A DNA stretch of 62,323 bases, counting the filler. It is 10 parts of 10 records of this genome, joined end to end, with 100 filler letters (N's around TTAATTAATTAA, not from the genome) between each part and the next. Parts side by side here need not be neighbours in the genome. Positions count along the whole stretch, not along the records: positions 1 to 5,334 come from SRR31147125_137780; positions 5,435 to 10,612 come from SRR31147125_137973; positions 10,713 to 16,829 come from SRR31147125_138214; 7 more parts are not named here. One strand, written 5' to 3'. The notes below the pieces were generated by a model, which was not told the DNA's origin, ran no database searches, and saw nothing but the letters and a program-made list of their open reading frames with translations. Below are positions 1 to 10,823 of the stretch, piece by piece; the first letter of the stretch is position 1; every line of letters begins with the position of its first letter. The translations under genes and the position numbers were made by a program.

Positions 1-465
1 TTCTTCGTTGAGATACGATTTGTAGAACAAGTCACTGGAGTCCATTGACGCTCATTTAGAGAGTCTTTTCCCATATATTAGCATCTCAAAAAGGTGGCAT
101 GAGGGAAGTCGAGGGTAAGGTTCATCGTTGTTTTCAGTGTTTCAGTTCAACAAAAACGGTGACAAGCTGGTGGCAAAACGCCATAGCACACCGTTGTCAC
201 TGGTGTTGGCATTGCTAGGAACAGCTTGATGAACGGTAACTGCCGGACATTCCGTAGAATATCGAAAAAGTCGCTTACAGCCCTGCTTGTCCCGCAACTC
301 TTCGCAAAACCCCGGTTCTTAATAGAACGTAATGTGATCTGCATGCGACGGGACACTCAGATCAATCTGGATCCTTGTTTCTCGCTCACCGAATGTTATA
401 CTATCATGCAATTCTCGTTTCGGGACACGAAAGCAGATCACATCTGCCAACGGAGAAGCCTTCAA

Positions 466-1143
466 ATGACAGATAGCACGGAAACCGGGCTTCGTACAAT
501 AACCATCTCCAGAGCAGCTCTTCTGGAGAAAGCTGATCGATTTGTCGGGGCAACAACAACAAGCGAGCTGGAAGATTTGAAAAGTGCTGAGAATCGTACG
601 GTATGGCATCAGTTCTCTGACCGTTATCGTCCGATGATCATGAGTTTCGCCAGAAACCAGTTCGGTTTTTCAGAAGCCGACGCAGATGAGGCTGCCCATA
701 CCACCATGATTGCTTTCGCCGAAGAATACCAGAAAGATAAGTATAACCGTGATAAAGGCAGACTTCGCAGCTGGCTTTTCGGGATCGCGAAAATGCAGAT
801 TAAAAACCTCATCAGAAAACAAGCCCGGATTCGAGAACGTCAGGAACCTTGTGACAACTCAGGATCAGCGTTTTTTGACCAGATCGCATACTCGGATGAT
901 GAACTGGAGAAAGCCTGGGAGGAAGAATGGCGCCAGGCGATTTATCGCCAGTGTATTCAGGAGGTTTCTGTGCATTTCGACAAGAAGACAATAGAGGCTT
1001 TCGACCTGTTCGCAAGACAGGGTATGTCGGCAAAAGATGTGGCGGAAAAGCTTGATATGTCTCAAAATGCAGTCTTCCTTGCGAAACACAAGATTCTAAA
1101 GCGTATTCGCGAACTGGTACCATTAATGGAAGAAAACTGGTAG
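466..1143 (+). CDS. ECF-family RNA polymerase sigma-70 factor (planctomycete, kinase-associated type)
   Basis: Region 2 (VWHQFSDRYRPMI...YNRDKGRLRSWLFGIA) and region 4 HTH (SAKDVAEKLDMSQNAVFLAKHKILKRIRE). ATG 466 follows a GGAGA RBS; the ORF-track start at 226 is probably too early. Confidence 0.92.
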   Translation: MTDSTETGLRTITISRAALLEKADRFVGATTTSELEDLKSAENRTVWHQFSDRYRPMIMSFARNQFGFSEADADEAAHTTMIAFAEEYQKDKYNRDKGRLRSWLFGIAKMQIKNLIRKQARIRERQEPCDNSGSAFFDQIAYSDDELEKAWEEEWRQAIYRQCIQEVSVHFDKKTIEAFDLFARQGMSAKDVAEKLDMSQNAVFLAKHKILKRIRELVPLMEENW

Positions 1144-1378
1144 ACACCGGCACGGTTGTCCGCTCAAACAAATCCAAAGAAAAACCTGCGCGGGAGAAAG
1201 ATTGCAGAGAAAAAGAACCAATATCATTCGACCTGACTGGCAGGAGAATTATACTTTCGTGCGATCGAATATGAAAAGAGTGTAACGGGAAGCTGATCAT
1301 TATACTATTGAGCTTCAGATTCCCGGATCATTACTCTCCGGCCCTCGTTGCGATTCGTAGCTTTAAAGGAATTGTTCG

Positions 1379-4300
1379 TTGAAAGGCAACCCTGACTGCT
1401 CATCCGAAGAACAACTAGCCGGCTTTGTTGAGGGAATGTGCTCCGAAGAGGAAACTGCACGGATCAAAGCACACCTTCGACAATGCAATCGTTGCGCTCA
1501 ATGGGTCCAGGAGGCAATGGCCAACGATGCGTTTCTTCCGAGTGTACTCAACGCTTTGATTTCCGGGTGTATGGAAATCTCTCCCGGGACGACTGCTACT
1601 GCCAAACAAGGCGTTTCCCGAACCCATTCCTTCTCTTTCCCCAAACGTTCTTTCGATGAATTTACCATCCTTGACGAGATTCACCGGGGAGGTCAGGGGA
1701 TTGTGTACAAAGCGGAGCAGAAATCGACAAATCGTATTGTCGCGCTGAAAGTTCTACTGTCCGATACATTCGCCTCAAGCAGACAGCGGCTTCGTTTCGA
1801 ACGGGAAATATCTCTCGTAGCGGCCCTGAACCATACCAATATTGTTACGATATTTGACAGCGGTGTAACAACAGATAATCGCTATTTCTTCGTGATGGAG
1901 TACATTGAGGGAGCCGATCTGAATGACTTTCTTAGGGTTCAGAATCCGGACATTCCTGAAGCCTTGAAGTTATTCTGCACAATCTGCAGTGCTGTTAGTT
2001 ATGCACACAACCGAGGCGTCATTCACCGCGATCTCAAGCCAGGGAACATCCGTATCGACTCAAAAGGTCAACCACAAATACTCGACTTCGGGTTGGCAAA
2101 AGCGGATGGATTGCATCTGGGGAACCGTGCCGGAACGATGACTATTGAAGGCGAGTTTATGGGAACGCTTGCGTATGCGTCTCCTGAGCAGGCACAGGGT
2201 GATCCGGGGTTGATCGATGCATTAACAGACATCTATTCGCTTGGCGTGATATTGTTTGAGATGCTCTCAGGAGAACATCCAATCGAGGTGAAGGGTCGTA
2301 TCCCGGAAGATCTTCAACGAATCATAAATGACGTTCCCAAATGTCCATCCAGCGTAAAGCCTGAAATTGATGAGGAACTCGAAACGATCATCCTCAAAAC
2401 CCTGTCCAAAGAAAAAGAACGACGTTATCAATCCGTGGCGGCTCTTGCAGATGATGTGGAGCGATATCTTGCAAACGAGCCGATTCAAGCCAAGCGGGAC
2501 AGTCGGCTTTATGTGTTGAAGAAGACACTTTCTCATTATAAAAGGAAGATTGCATCAGGAGCGATTGTAGTGACTGTGGTATGTGTGGCAGTCGGTGTCG
2601 GCACCCATTTCTGGCTGGAATCGAATCGCACCAACAGGGCAAGAAGACTAATCAACGATGCCGTACCGCTACTTGAAGAACGAACCCAACTAGATACAGC
2701 AGAAGAAAAGCTGAATAAAGCTCTTGAAAATTTCCCCTGAAGATGAGATGGCCCTGTTTCTTCTAGGCCAGCTCAATACCATACATGGGCTCAGGGCACC
2801 CCTTGAAGACAAAACGGATTACCTCCAAAAAGCAATCCAGTCCTATTATGATGCGCATCTGGCAGCCGGCGGCATGTCCCTGGAACAACTGAAAGGACAG
2901 CAAATTCCCACCGACCCACAGGAAGGCATGGGCCGAGCCCTGTTGCTTGCAGGAAAGTTGAGTCTTCTTGCAGGAGAACGCGACAAGGCAGAATCCTATT
3001 TCGCACTTGCCCGCACTACGATGGGCGAGGAGGAGTGGAAACACACACGGATTTATGACGAAACAAAAGATCCACTCATTGATGATTCATTCCCCTACTC
3101 AGATTCTCCGGAAGCCGCTCATCAGACGCCGAACCTGAATGCGGTACTCCAATGGGGATTGAAAGCGAGTGTGTCGAGCCTCGATCCACGATACCCCAAA
3201 GGAAAAGATGATGCGATTCATGCATTCCTGTTTGACTGGTTCTTTCGAATTGAGCTTGATAATGGGCAACCGGTTCCAAAGCCAAATCCCGACATCATCG
3301 CGGGTCCAATCATCAAATCTGATGACAAAAAGACATGGGAGATCAGGATTCGTGATGATGTTCAATGGCATGATGGACATGCATTGACTTCAGAAGATAT
3401 CGTTTTTTCATGGGAACAAGCCCCTGAAAGCGACACGACGGTTGAAAAAGTCGATGAAAATACTGTCCGGGTAACATTCAGCGATCCGTCCCGTGCTGTC
3501 GAACGTGATCTGAAATTTCCTCTGCTCCCAAAGCATCTTTCTGATGAGTGGGGCGATGAGTTCGATGTGCTTTTCAGCAGGAACCCCATTGGCACAGGTC
3601 CCTATCGATATAATCCCCAAAGCTCTCAGGACCATATTATCATTGAAAGGCAGGATGATTGGTCCATCTCTGATTCACCTGCCTATTTTGCCCGTGTAGA
3701 GTTTCGTGTGTTCAAGGATCGCACAGAACGTTTACAGGCTCTTGCGAATGGTGAGATTGACATCGTTGAGCTGAGTGCAGATGAATTTCGATGGCACGTG
3801 AACGGTGAATCATTTCGCAATCATGTTCGAAAGATCAAACATCCTCAGTGGGCATATGAATATATCTGCTGGAATGCGGATGGGTCCAATCCTTTCTTTA
3901 TTGATGTCAACGTTCGACGTGCGATGGCGTATGCCATGGACCTCAATCGAATCGTCGAAGGAAGGTTTGAGGATCTTTACACTCGCTCTACGGGGATTTT
4001 TGCCAATGGATCGTGGATGTTTAATCCCGACATCGAGCCGATTGACCAAAATCTGGAAATTGCCAGCCAGTTGCTGGATGAAGCAGGATGGAAGCTTCAA
4101 GCACCATCAGGCACTATCCGGACACGTGATAAAGGAAAACTCTGTTTTTCCCTGCTTGTGCCCGAGACGTCCAACGACTTCCTCGACCTCGTATCAGATC
4201 TACAGGAAGACCTGCGTAAGGTGGGCGTTGAAATGATGGTGGAGAAAATTCAGACGAATGAATGGGCCAAGCGGATGAAAACTCGAGATTTTCAGGCATA

Positions 4301-4630
4301 TGCCAGCCGGGTTCGCACCGGGTTCCACCCGAACGAAGCATGGGAACGATGGGCGACAGGTACAGTAAAAACTTTGGAGCTTTCAGCAATTCCGAAGTCG
4401 ACGAACTTTTTGTACAGGCGAGAGAAGAAAAAGACGAAACACTTCAGCCGAAGCACTACCGGAAGATTCAGAGATTAATCTATCATGACCAGCCTTACGC
4501 CTTCCTCTGGCACACGCCGACACTTCTGGCAGTCAACAAAGAGCTGCGTGGCATCCAGCTCGGACCCCTCGGTATCACCCGTTTTTCGCCCGGACCTCGA
4601 AGCTGGTGGTTCAGAGCGGATGCCGACTGA
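1379..4630 (+). CDS. Membrane receptor Ser/Thr kinase: ZAS zinc finger + Hanks kinase + TM + TPR + family 5 (OppA/DppA-like) solute-binding domain; two compensating frameshifts (ORF pieces 1379-2740, 2724-4478, 4262-4630)
   Basis: HLRQCNRC (HxxxCxxC); GGQGIVY, VALKVL, HRDLKPGN, DFGLAK, GTLAYASPEQ; TM IASGAIVVTVVCVAVGVG; SBP5 motifs IRDDVQWHDGHALTSEDIVFSW, PIGTGPY, VRRAMAYAMD, NSEVDELF...DQPYAFL. Removing one A at 2727-2730 gives TPR-like KALEISPEDEMALFLLG; adding one base near 4367-4371 joins the SBP C-terminus. First and last pieces share the same frame. Confidence 0.8.
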
Positions 4631-4998
4631 CTTAAAGCAGTCTTGGTCATCTGGACATGAAGCTGGTTTCCTGACAAAAAAACACCACTACCCGGAAAGA
4701 TCGAACAGTCGGAATACCAACTTCTATCAGACAAGAAAAAAGGATAAGCGAAGCGAAAGTATTGATCCTTCTTCATCAGGTATCGAAGAAGCTTTTCAGG
4801 TGTTTCGTTGCATCCAGACAGGTTTTTTTGTAACATTGTATTATTGCCAAATGGAAGGGGTTAGGGGTTATTGCGTAGTTCCTCAGGCACGCGAGGGGAA
4901 AACACCTTCATTTCGCTGATACAGGGTTTCAAAAGCAAAGCTGACACAAATTCACTTTTTCGCTTCCAGTTGGTGTTCAACTTGAAAGGGACATGGCT

Positions 4999-5334
4999 AT
5001 GAAAAAACAGGAATACAATGTGCGTTTTCTGCTGGCAGGAGCGGCTCTGATCTTTCTTACTTCTCACGCTGTTGCACTCGCAGGGATCATTCATGTAGAC
5101 GACGATGCCCCCGCCAGCGGCAATGGAGTAACCTGGGATACTGCATTTCGCTATCTCCACGCACTTGATGTCAGCACGAATGGGGATGAGATCCGCCTTG
5201 CTGGGGGAGTATACACTCCTGACATGTCCGAGGCCGGACAGGTTGCACCAGAAGAGCGTCGTGGAGCGACTTTCGTTCTGGTCAATGGCGTGAAGATATA
5301 TGGCGGCTATGCGGGTATCGGGGCGAACAACCCG
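4999..5334 (+). CDS. Secreted protein, N-terminus of a probable parallel beta-helix/pectin-lyase-fold protein (partial)
   Basis: Signal peptide (LLAGAALIFLTSHAVALA) then IHVDDDAPASGNGVTWDTAF...GDEIRLAGGVYTPD...ATFVLVNGVKIYGGYAG, a motif I associate with Phycisphaerae surface proteins. Cut by contig end. Confidence 0.7.
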
Positions 5335-5434
5335 NNNNNNNNNNNNNNNNNNNNNNNNNNNNNNNNNNNNNNNNNNNNTTAATTAATTAANNNNNNNNNN
5401 NNNNNNNNNNNNNNNNNNNNNNNNNNNNNNNNNN
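5335..5434. other. Artificial contig linker (N44-TTAATTAATTAA-N44), first of nine
   Basis: Identical 100-bp spacers with stops in all six frames also at 10613-10712, 16830-16929, 22029-22128, 27927-28026, 35471-35570, 41945-42044, 48305-48404 and 56590-56689. Gene content and composition change abruptly across each. Confidence 0.99.
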
Positions 5435-5439
5435 AAGGC

Positions 5440-6306
5440 CTAAAGAGCCTCAATCAGTTCGTCCACGTAGGACGGGTCCACCTGGTCGGGATAACTGTAG
5501 AGCTTTTCGTAAAACTCCCGGGCCGGTTCCTTACGGCCCAGCTCTTCATAACAGTTGCCGATGTTGTGGATGATGATGTAGTCATCGGGGAAGAGGGTAT
5601 GGGTCTCCAGGAGCACCTCCAGGGCGGACTCGTACTCGCCGGTTTCCAGGTAATAGAGGGCGTAGTTGCTGTAGCCGAGGATGATATCGGGGTAGAGCCT
5701 TTTTTCCGCCTCGCTGAAGTTTTTCAGGGCGGCCAGGGAGGCATCGGTGCCGATGTTTTTCCAGAGCATGATGTAATCCTGGATGCTGCCGAGGAGGATC
5801 TCCTTCGGATCTTCCCTGGAATCGGTAAGTCGTTCATTCCTCGACCAGTACCAGTCGTGTTCGATTTCGATGGAACGCTCCATGAGTTCGGCCAGGAGGG
5901 CGCTCTGCTCCCCGTATTCGCCGAGTTCGGTCAGGGCCCGGATCTTCCCGAAATGCATGTCGAGTCTGGTTGGAGCCAGTTCGATTCCCCTATCGAGGTA
6001 CTCAATGGCTTTCCTGACATTTTCCGTGTCATAATGGGTTACGGGCGCCAGAAGATAGCGGCCCGACCACGGATCCTTATGGGTGGAGGTGACAGTTGTG
6101 CTGTCGAGCCTCAGGTAGTAGTTGAACCAGGCGATGTAGAGCTCCGGATCCGCCGGGGCGTCGTGCTCCCACTCTTCAAGGTAACTGTGGAGCTTTTCAA
6201 ACTCATTCTGCTTCAGCAGATTCTGGTAGGTTTCGATCCGGTCCTTCGCGGAAAGGCCCGCAGCGGAAAGGATGAGAATCATCAGAAACAGCAGGGCTTT
6301 TTTCAT
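5440..6306 (-). CDS. Exported tetratricopeptide-repeat protein
   Basis: Signal peptide MKKALLFLMILILSAAGLSA; TPR-like helices (AIEYLDRGIELAP, NIGNCYEELGRKEPAREFY). Confidence 0.8.
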   Translation of the reverse strand: MKKALLFLMILILSAAGLSAKDRIETYQNLLKQNEFEKLHSYLEEWEHDAPADPELYIAWFNYYLRLDSTTVTSTHKDPWSGRYLLAPVTHYDTENVRKAIEYLDRGIELAPTRLDMHFGKIRALTELGEYGEQSALLAELMERSIEIEHDWYWSRNERLTDSREDPKEILLGSIQDYIMLWKNIGTDASLAALKNFSEAEKRLYPDIILGYSNYALYYLETGEYESALEVLLETHTLFPDDYIIIHNIGNCYEELGRKEPAREFYEKLYSYPDQVDPSYVDELIEAL

Positions 6307-6308
6307 AT

Positions 6309-7280
6309 TCATCTCTCAGACCGTCCCAGTCGGACAAACAGGTTATCGGGAGTCCCGTAAACTCCGGCAATTCTGACAAACTCGTCATCCGTTTCTACGG
6401 GAATCTCTTTGACCGGTTCTCCGTCGGGATCATAGATCGCGATCCGGCTGCTGGTTTGATATCCCAGGGCGGCGAGGATCTGCCTGCCGTCTTCCGAATA
6501 GGAGGCGAAACGGGGCTCATTGTCGAGATGAATGGTTCCGGTCTTTTCAAAGCGGCTGTCATAAATACTGATGGAACTGTCGGGGGCCAGGTAGCTGTTG
6601 TGGCTCCAGGCGATAAACTGATCCTCTTCCCGGCTGTAGTTGATCGTGTATTCACCCGAGGGAAAGCTGACGCTGTTTTCAACTTCCAGGCCGGCGTTCA
6701 GGTACTTCACCGAGTGTTTCCCTTCCTGATAGTTGTCACAGCCGTAGACCAGGATGGAACCGGAATTGAGGGCTTCGACGTAATAACACTGAAAATCATA
6801 GATTTTGGCGCCCCCGGAGGCCATCTGAACCAGGTCCAGGTTCAGCACCGCCCCCATATTGTGGAGGCTGACCAGGAGCCGGGTGTCGTCTGTCAGGGAC
6901 AGGCTGCTGACAAAGTCTCCGCCGAGCTGATAGGACCAGTTCGGCAGCCCGGTGGCTGTATCGTATTCGATGATGGACTTGGGATTGTTTGCTGAGCGGC
7001 CGCCGGCGACGATGTAGAGTTTTTCCGCGTTATCGGAAAAAAGGGAATCATGGATGGGCCAGAATTCCAGAGGAGAAAGGGACACATCGGCTCCGGGTCC
7101 GTTTATGGACTTGATGACGGCGGTCCTGTTTTCACTGTCCCTGTAGAGGATCTTTCCGTTCCGGGGAGTGACTGTCAGGAAGCTGTCATCCCTGATGATT
7201 GTCAGATCGTCCGAAAAGCCCCGGGCAGTGAGGGTAAAAAGAAGCAGGGCTGTAATTTTTAACAGTCTATTTGTTTTCAT
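6309..7280 (-). CDS. Exported hypothetical protein, possibly beta-propeller
   Basis: Signal peptide MKTNRLLKITALLLFTLTARG; beta-rich with SYSEDGRQIL and IYDPDG turns. Abuts the downstream TPR gene. Confidence 0.6.
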   Translation of the reverse strand: MKTNRLLKITALLLFTLTARGFSDDLTIIRDDSFLTVTPRNGKILYRDSENRTAVIKSINGPGADVSLSPLEFWPIHDSLFSDNAEKLYIVAGGRSANNPKSIIEYDTATGLPNWSYQLGGDFVSSLSLTDDTRLLVSLHNMGAVLNLDLVQMASGGAKIYDFQCYYVEALNSGSILVYGCDNYQEGKHSVKYLNAGLEVENSVSFPSGEYTINYSREEDQFIAWSHNSYLAPDSSISIYDSRFEKTGTIHLDNEPRFASYSEDGRQILAALGYQTSSRIAIYDPDGEPVKEIPVETDDEFVRIAGVYGTPDNLFVRLGRSER

Positions 7281-7490
7281 AAGGGAAGGATACAGGAATC
7301 GTTCTGAACGTACAAGTTTTTTTTGAGGGCAGAATCGCTGTGTATTCATAGGGCCTCCCTGTGTGAAATGACTCTTGATACTGTGATATACGGAACCGGG
7401 CGGTCTGCTGCTTCAGAAACAACAAGTTTCAGAACACTTTTTATTGTTTTCCCTGTTTCGATCTTTTTTAATCAATAACAGGAGCGAATC

Positions 7491-7775
7491 ATGAAAAAGT
7501 TTATGCTACTGCATTTTGGATTTACACAGCCTACTCCGGTAATCATGGCAGCCTGGAACAGATGGTTCGAGTCGGTCGGAGACAGGATGGTCGATATGGG
7601 CGGGTTCAGCGGCGGCCGGGAGATTTCAAGCGGGGGAACCAGAGAGCTTCCCTGGGATATGGAAGCCATCACAGGCTATAACATCATCGAGGCGGAAAGC
7701 CTCGATGAGGCCGAAGAGATCGCCGGGAGCAATCCGTTTATTGCGGGGATCCGGATTTATGAGATACGAAGATAA
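7491..7775 (+). CDS. YCII-related domain protein
   Basis: MKKFMLL...AWNRWF...ITGYNIIEAESLDEAEEIA..NP...IRIYE pattern; AGGAG RBS. Confidence 0.75.
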   Translation: MKKFMLLHFGFTQPTPVIMAAWNRWFESVGDRMVDMGGFSGGREISSGGTRELPWDMEAITGYNIIEAESLDEAEEIAGSNPFIAGIRIYEIRR

Positions 7776-7838
7776 GAAACGCCCGGTACATTTTTCCTGA
7801 ATTTTCTTCCTTTTTATATTTTTACAGCCCTCTCCCTA

Positions 7839-7879
7839 TTGCACACTTAGCCTTTCCTTATATACTTAGGCATAGCTAA
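7839..7879 (+). promoter_or_regulatory. Sigma70 promoter of the tro operon overlapped by two DtxR/MntR/TroR-type boxes
   Basis: TTGCAC (7839)-16 nt-TATACT (7861). Boxes TTAGCCTTTCCTTA (7847-7860) and TTAGGCATAGCTAA (7866-7879) fit TTAG-N6-CTAA. Confidence 0.65.
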
Positions 7880-7926
7880 TCTTCGGTTGGCTTGAAACAG
7901 AAACTTAAGAATGTGAGGAGACACGA

Positions 7927-8856
7927 ATGAAACTTGGTAGAACCGTTATATTGATGGCCGCAATCGTTCTGATTCTGGCAGGATGCAGCAAAAAAGAATC
8001 TGTCCGGGAAGGGGACAAACCCCTTTCTGTCGTATCAACCGTCGGCATGATTGCCGATATTGCCTCGGAAATCGGCGGCGACCGGGTCGAATCAGTAGGA
8101 TTGATGGGCCCCGGGGTCGATCCTCATCTCTATAAAGCCAGTGCGGGAGATGTCCGCCGCCTGCAGGAAGCGGATATCATTTTTTACAACGGTCTTCATC
8201 TGGAAGCCCGGATGGGAGAGGTCCTGGAAGAGATGCGGTCCAAGCCCGTCTATGCCCTGGGAGAAAATCTGTCGGAAGAACAGCTCATCAGCGACGAAAG
8301 CTTCGGCAGCACCCATGATCCCCATATCTGGTTTGATGTGACCCTCTGGCAGATCGTCAGTAATGCCCTGGCGGAGGCCCTTATCGAAACAGATCCCGAA
8401 GGAGAAGAGGTCTACCGGGCCAACCTGGCGGAATATCAGAAAAAACTGGATGCCCTGGATAAGGAAATCCGCAAAACACTATCGTCGGTGGGAGAAAAGC
8501 AGAGGGTACTGGTCACAGCTCATGACGCCTTCGGCTACTTCGGACGGGCCTACAGCTTCAAGGTGATGGGCCTTCAGGGAATCAGCACAGCCAGTGAAGC
8601 CGGAGCCAGGGATGTACAGGATCTGGCCGACTTTATAGCGGAAAACAGAATCGGCGCCATCTTTGTGGAAAGCTCGGTGCCCCGGAAAAACATCGAAGCC
8701 CTTCAGGCTGCCGTTAATAGCCGCGGATTCTCCGTCGAGATCGGCGGGGAGCTCTTCTCGGATGCCATGGGCGATACGGGTACGGAAGAAGGAACCTACA
8801 TCGGTATGATTCGTCATAACGCCGAAATCATCGCGGGAGCCCTGGGAGGCGAGTAA
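7927..8856 (+). CDS. troA: Mn/Zn ABC transporter substrate-binding lipoprotein
   Basis: Lipobox LAGC; metal-ligand motifs GPGVDPHLY, DPHIWFD, HDAFGYF, ELFSDAMG. Confidence 0.93.
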   Translation: MKLGRTVILMAAIVLILAGCSKKESVREGDKPLSVVSTVGMIADIASEIGGDRVESVGLMGPGVDPHLYKASAGDVRRLQEADIIFYNGLHLEARMGEVLEEMRSKPVYALGENLSEEQLISDESFGSTHDPHIWFDVTLWQIVSNALAEALIETDPEGEEVYRANLAEYQKKLDALDKEIRKTLSSVGEKQRVLVTAHDAFGYFGRAYSFKVMGLQGISTASEAGARDVQDLADFIAENRIGAIFVESSVPRKNIEALQAAVNSRGFSVEIGGELFSDAMGDTGTEEGTYIGMIRHNAEIIAGALGGE

Positions 8857-8908
8857 TGAGAAAGAATGCGGTTCCTTCTGTATACCGAAGCTCGAATCGG
8901 AGGATGCT

Positions 8909-9645
8909 GTGATCCGGGTGGAGGATCTGACCGTATCCTATCATGAGAAACCGGTCCTCTGGGACCTGGACCTTGCGGTTCCTCCGGCGGTCCTGATGGC
9001 CATCGTCGGCCCCAACGGCGCCGGAAAAACAACCCTGCTCAAGGCCATGCTGGGATTGATCCCGGCCACGGCCGGGGAAGTAAATGTCTTCGGCGGTCCA
9101 TTGAAGGCCAATATGAAACGCATCGGTTATGTACCCCAGAGGACGGCGGTAGACTGGGATTTCCCCACCACCGTTATGGATGTGGTTCTGATGGGCTCCT
9201 ACGGCCGGCTGGGCTGGATCAGACGGCCCGGACGGGACGACCGGGATGCCGCCCTCTCCGCTCTGGAGAAGGTCGGCATGACCGAGTTTACCCACAGGCA
9301 GATCAGCCAGCTTTCGGGAGGGCAGCAGCAGCGGGTCTTTCTGGCCCGGGCCCTGCTGCAGGATTCTGACATCTATATGATGGACGAGCCCTTCCAGGGG
9401 TGGATGCCACCACCGAAAGGGCCATCATATCTCTGCTGAAAGAGCTCCGCGGGACGGGCAAAACGGTGATATGCGTCCATCATGATCTGCAGACCGTCCC
9501 CGAATACTTCGACTGGGTGACCCTTCTCAATGTCCGCAATATTGCCAGTGGACCGGTCCGGGAGACCTTTACTCCCGACAACCTCCGCAAAGCCTTCGGA
9601 GGACGCATCTCCTTTCTGCGGGAAACACAGGAGGCGGCGGTATGA
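8909..9645 (+). CDS. troB: Metal ABC transporter ATPase (one G missing in the run at 9397-9400)
   Basis: Walker A GPNGAGKT, signature LSGGQQQR. Walker B/D-loop MDEPFQG continues as VDATTE in the other frame; H-loop VHHDL. Confidence 0.9.
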
Positions 9646-10612
9646 TGGAACACCTGTTCTCCGACTATACCATCCGCAGCGTCATCCTGGGATCGGCGGT
9701 ACTGGGTGTCGTCTCAGGCGCCCTGGGCAGTTTTGCCGTATTGAGGCAGCGCAGCCTGCTGGGAGACACCATGTCCCATGCGGCCCTGCCGGGAATCGCG
9801 CTGGCCTTTCTGCTGACCGGGAGCAAGTCTCCCCTGATCATACTCACCGGAGCGGCCCTGACAGGCTGGCTCGGTACCCTGGTGATACTGCTCATCACCG
9901 GAAAGACCTCCATACGGGAGGACAGCGCCCAGGGGATCGTGCTGAGCGTCTTCTTCGGTTTCGGACTGGTTCTCCTGTCAAAGATTCAGAGGATGCCCAA
10001 TGCCGCCAAAGCGGGGCTGGACAAATTCCTCTTCGGCCAGGCCGCCACACTGATGACCGAAGATATTGTGGCCATGAGCATCGTGGGGAGCATCGCCTTC
10101 GTGATCATGATCCTCTTCTGGAAGGAGTTCAAACTCCTGTCCTTCGATGCCGACTACCTTTCTGTTCTGGGATTCCCCGCCCGCAGGCTGGAATACCTTC
10201 TGACCTTTCTGATCGTCGCAGCCGTCGTCATCGGCCTGCAGACCGTCGGGGTGGTACTGATGAGCGCCATGGTGGTAGCCCCGGCCGCGTCGGCCAGGCA
10301 GTGGACCAACCGCCTGGAAGGGATGGTGGCCCTGTCCGGATTCTTCGGAGCCCTGGCGGGCATCACGGGAGGTCTGATCTCAAGCATTGTACCCAGGCTC
10401 CCCACAGGACCCGCCATCGTTATCGTCCTGGGTCTGATATCCGGGATCTCCATCCTCCTGGCCCCGGGCCGGGGGCTGGTCTCCCGGGCCCGCCTGCGGG
10501 CCCGGAACAAAAGGACCTATGCGGCTGACAGGATTTTTGAAAATCTCTGGATACTGGCGGACAGGCATGACAGTTACGACCATCCCCACTCCCTGAAAAC
10601 CCTGCGGGGGCT
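9642..10612 (+). CDS. troC: Metal ABC transporter permease (partial)
   Basis: [50 protein letters not shown]-3 motifs. Confidence 0.9.
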
Positions 10613-10823
10613 NNNNNNNNNNNNNNNNNNNNNNNNNNNNNNNNNNNNNNNNNNNNTTAATTAATTAANNNNNNNNNNNNNNNNNNNNNNNNNNNNNNNN
10701 NNNNNNNNNNNNGGTAAATTGAGCGCTGCTGAGTCCCTAAGCACTCAAGCTCTATCTCTCCTCTCAAGCCTCTTTAGAACCACCGGTGGTGGACCGGTAA
10801 ATTTTGCCAACGACATGCGTCGA

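Noticed and set aside
226-465. 80-aa N-terminal extension of the ECF sigma factor
   Set aside because: No sigma-like features; a better start with RBS is at 466.
1281-4860. TGTAAC at 1281 and 4830 as a shared ECF -35 element
   Set aside because: No common -10 at matching spacing; two hexamers could be chance.
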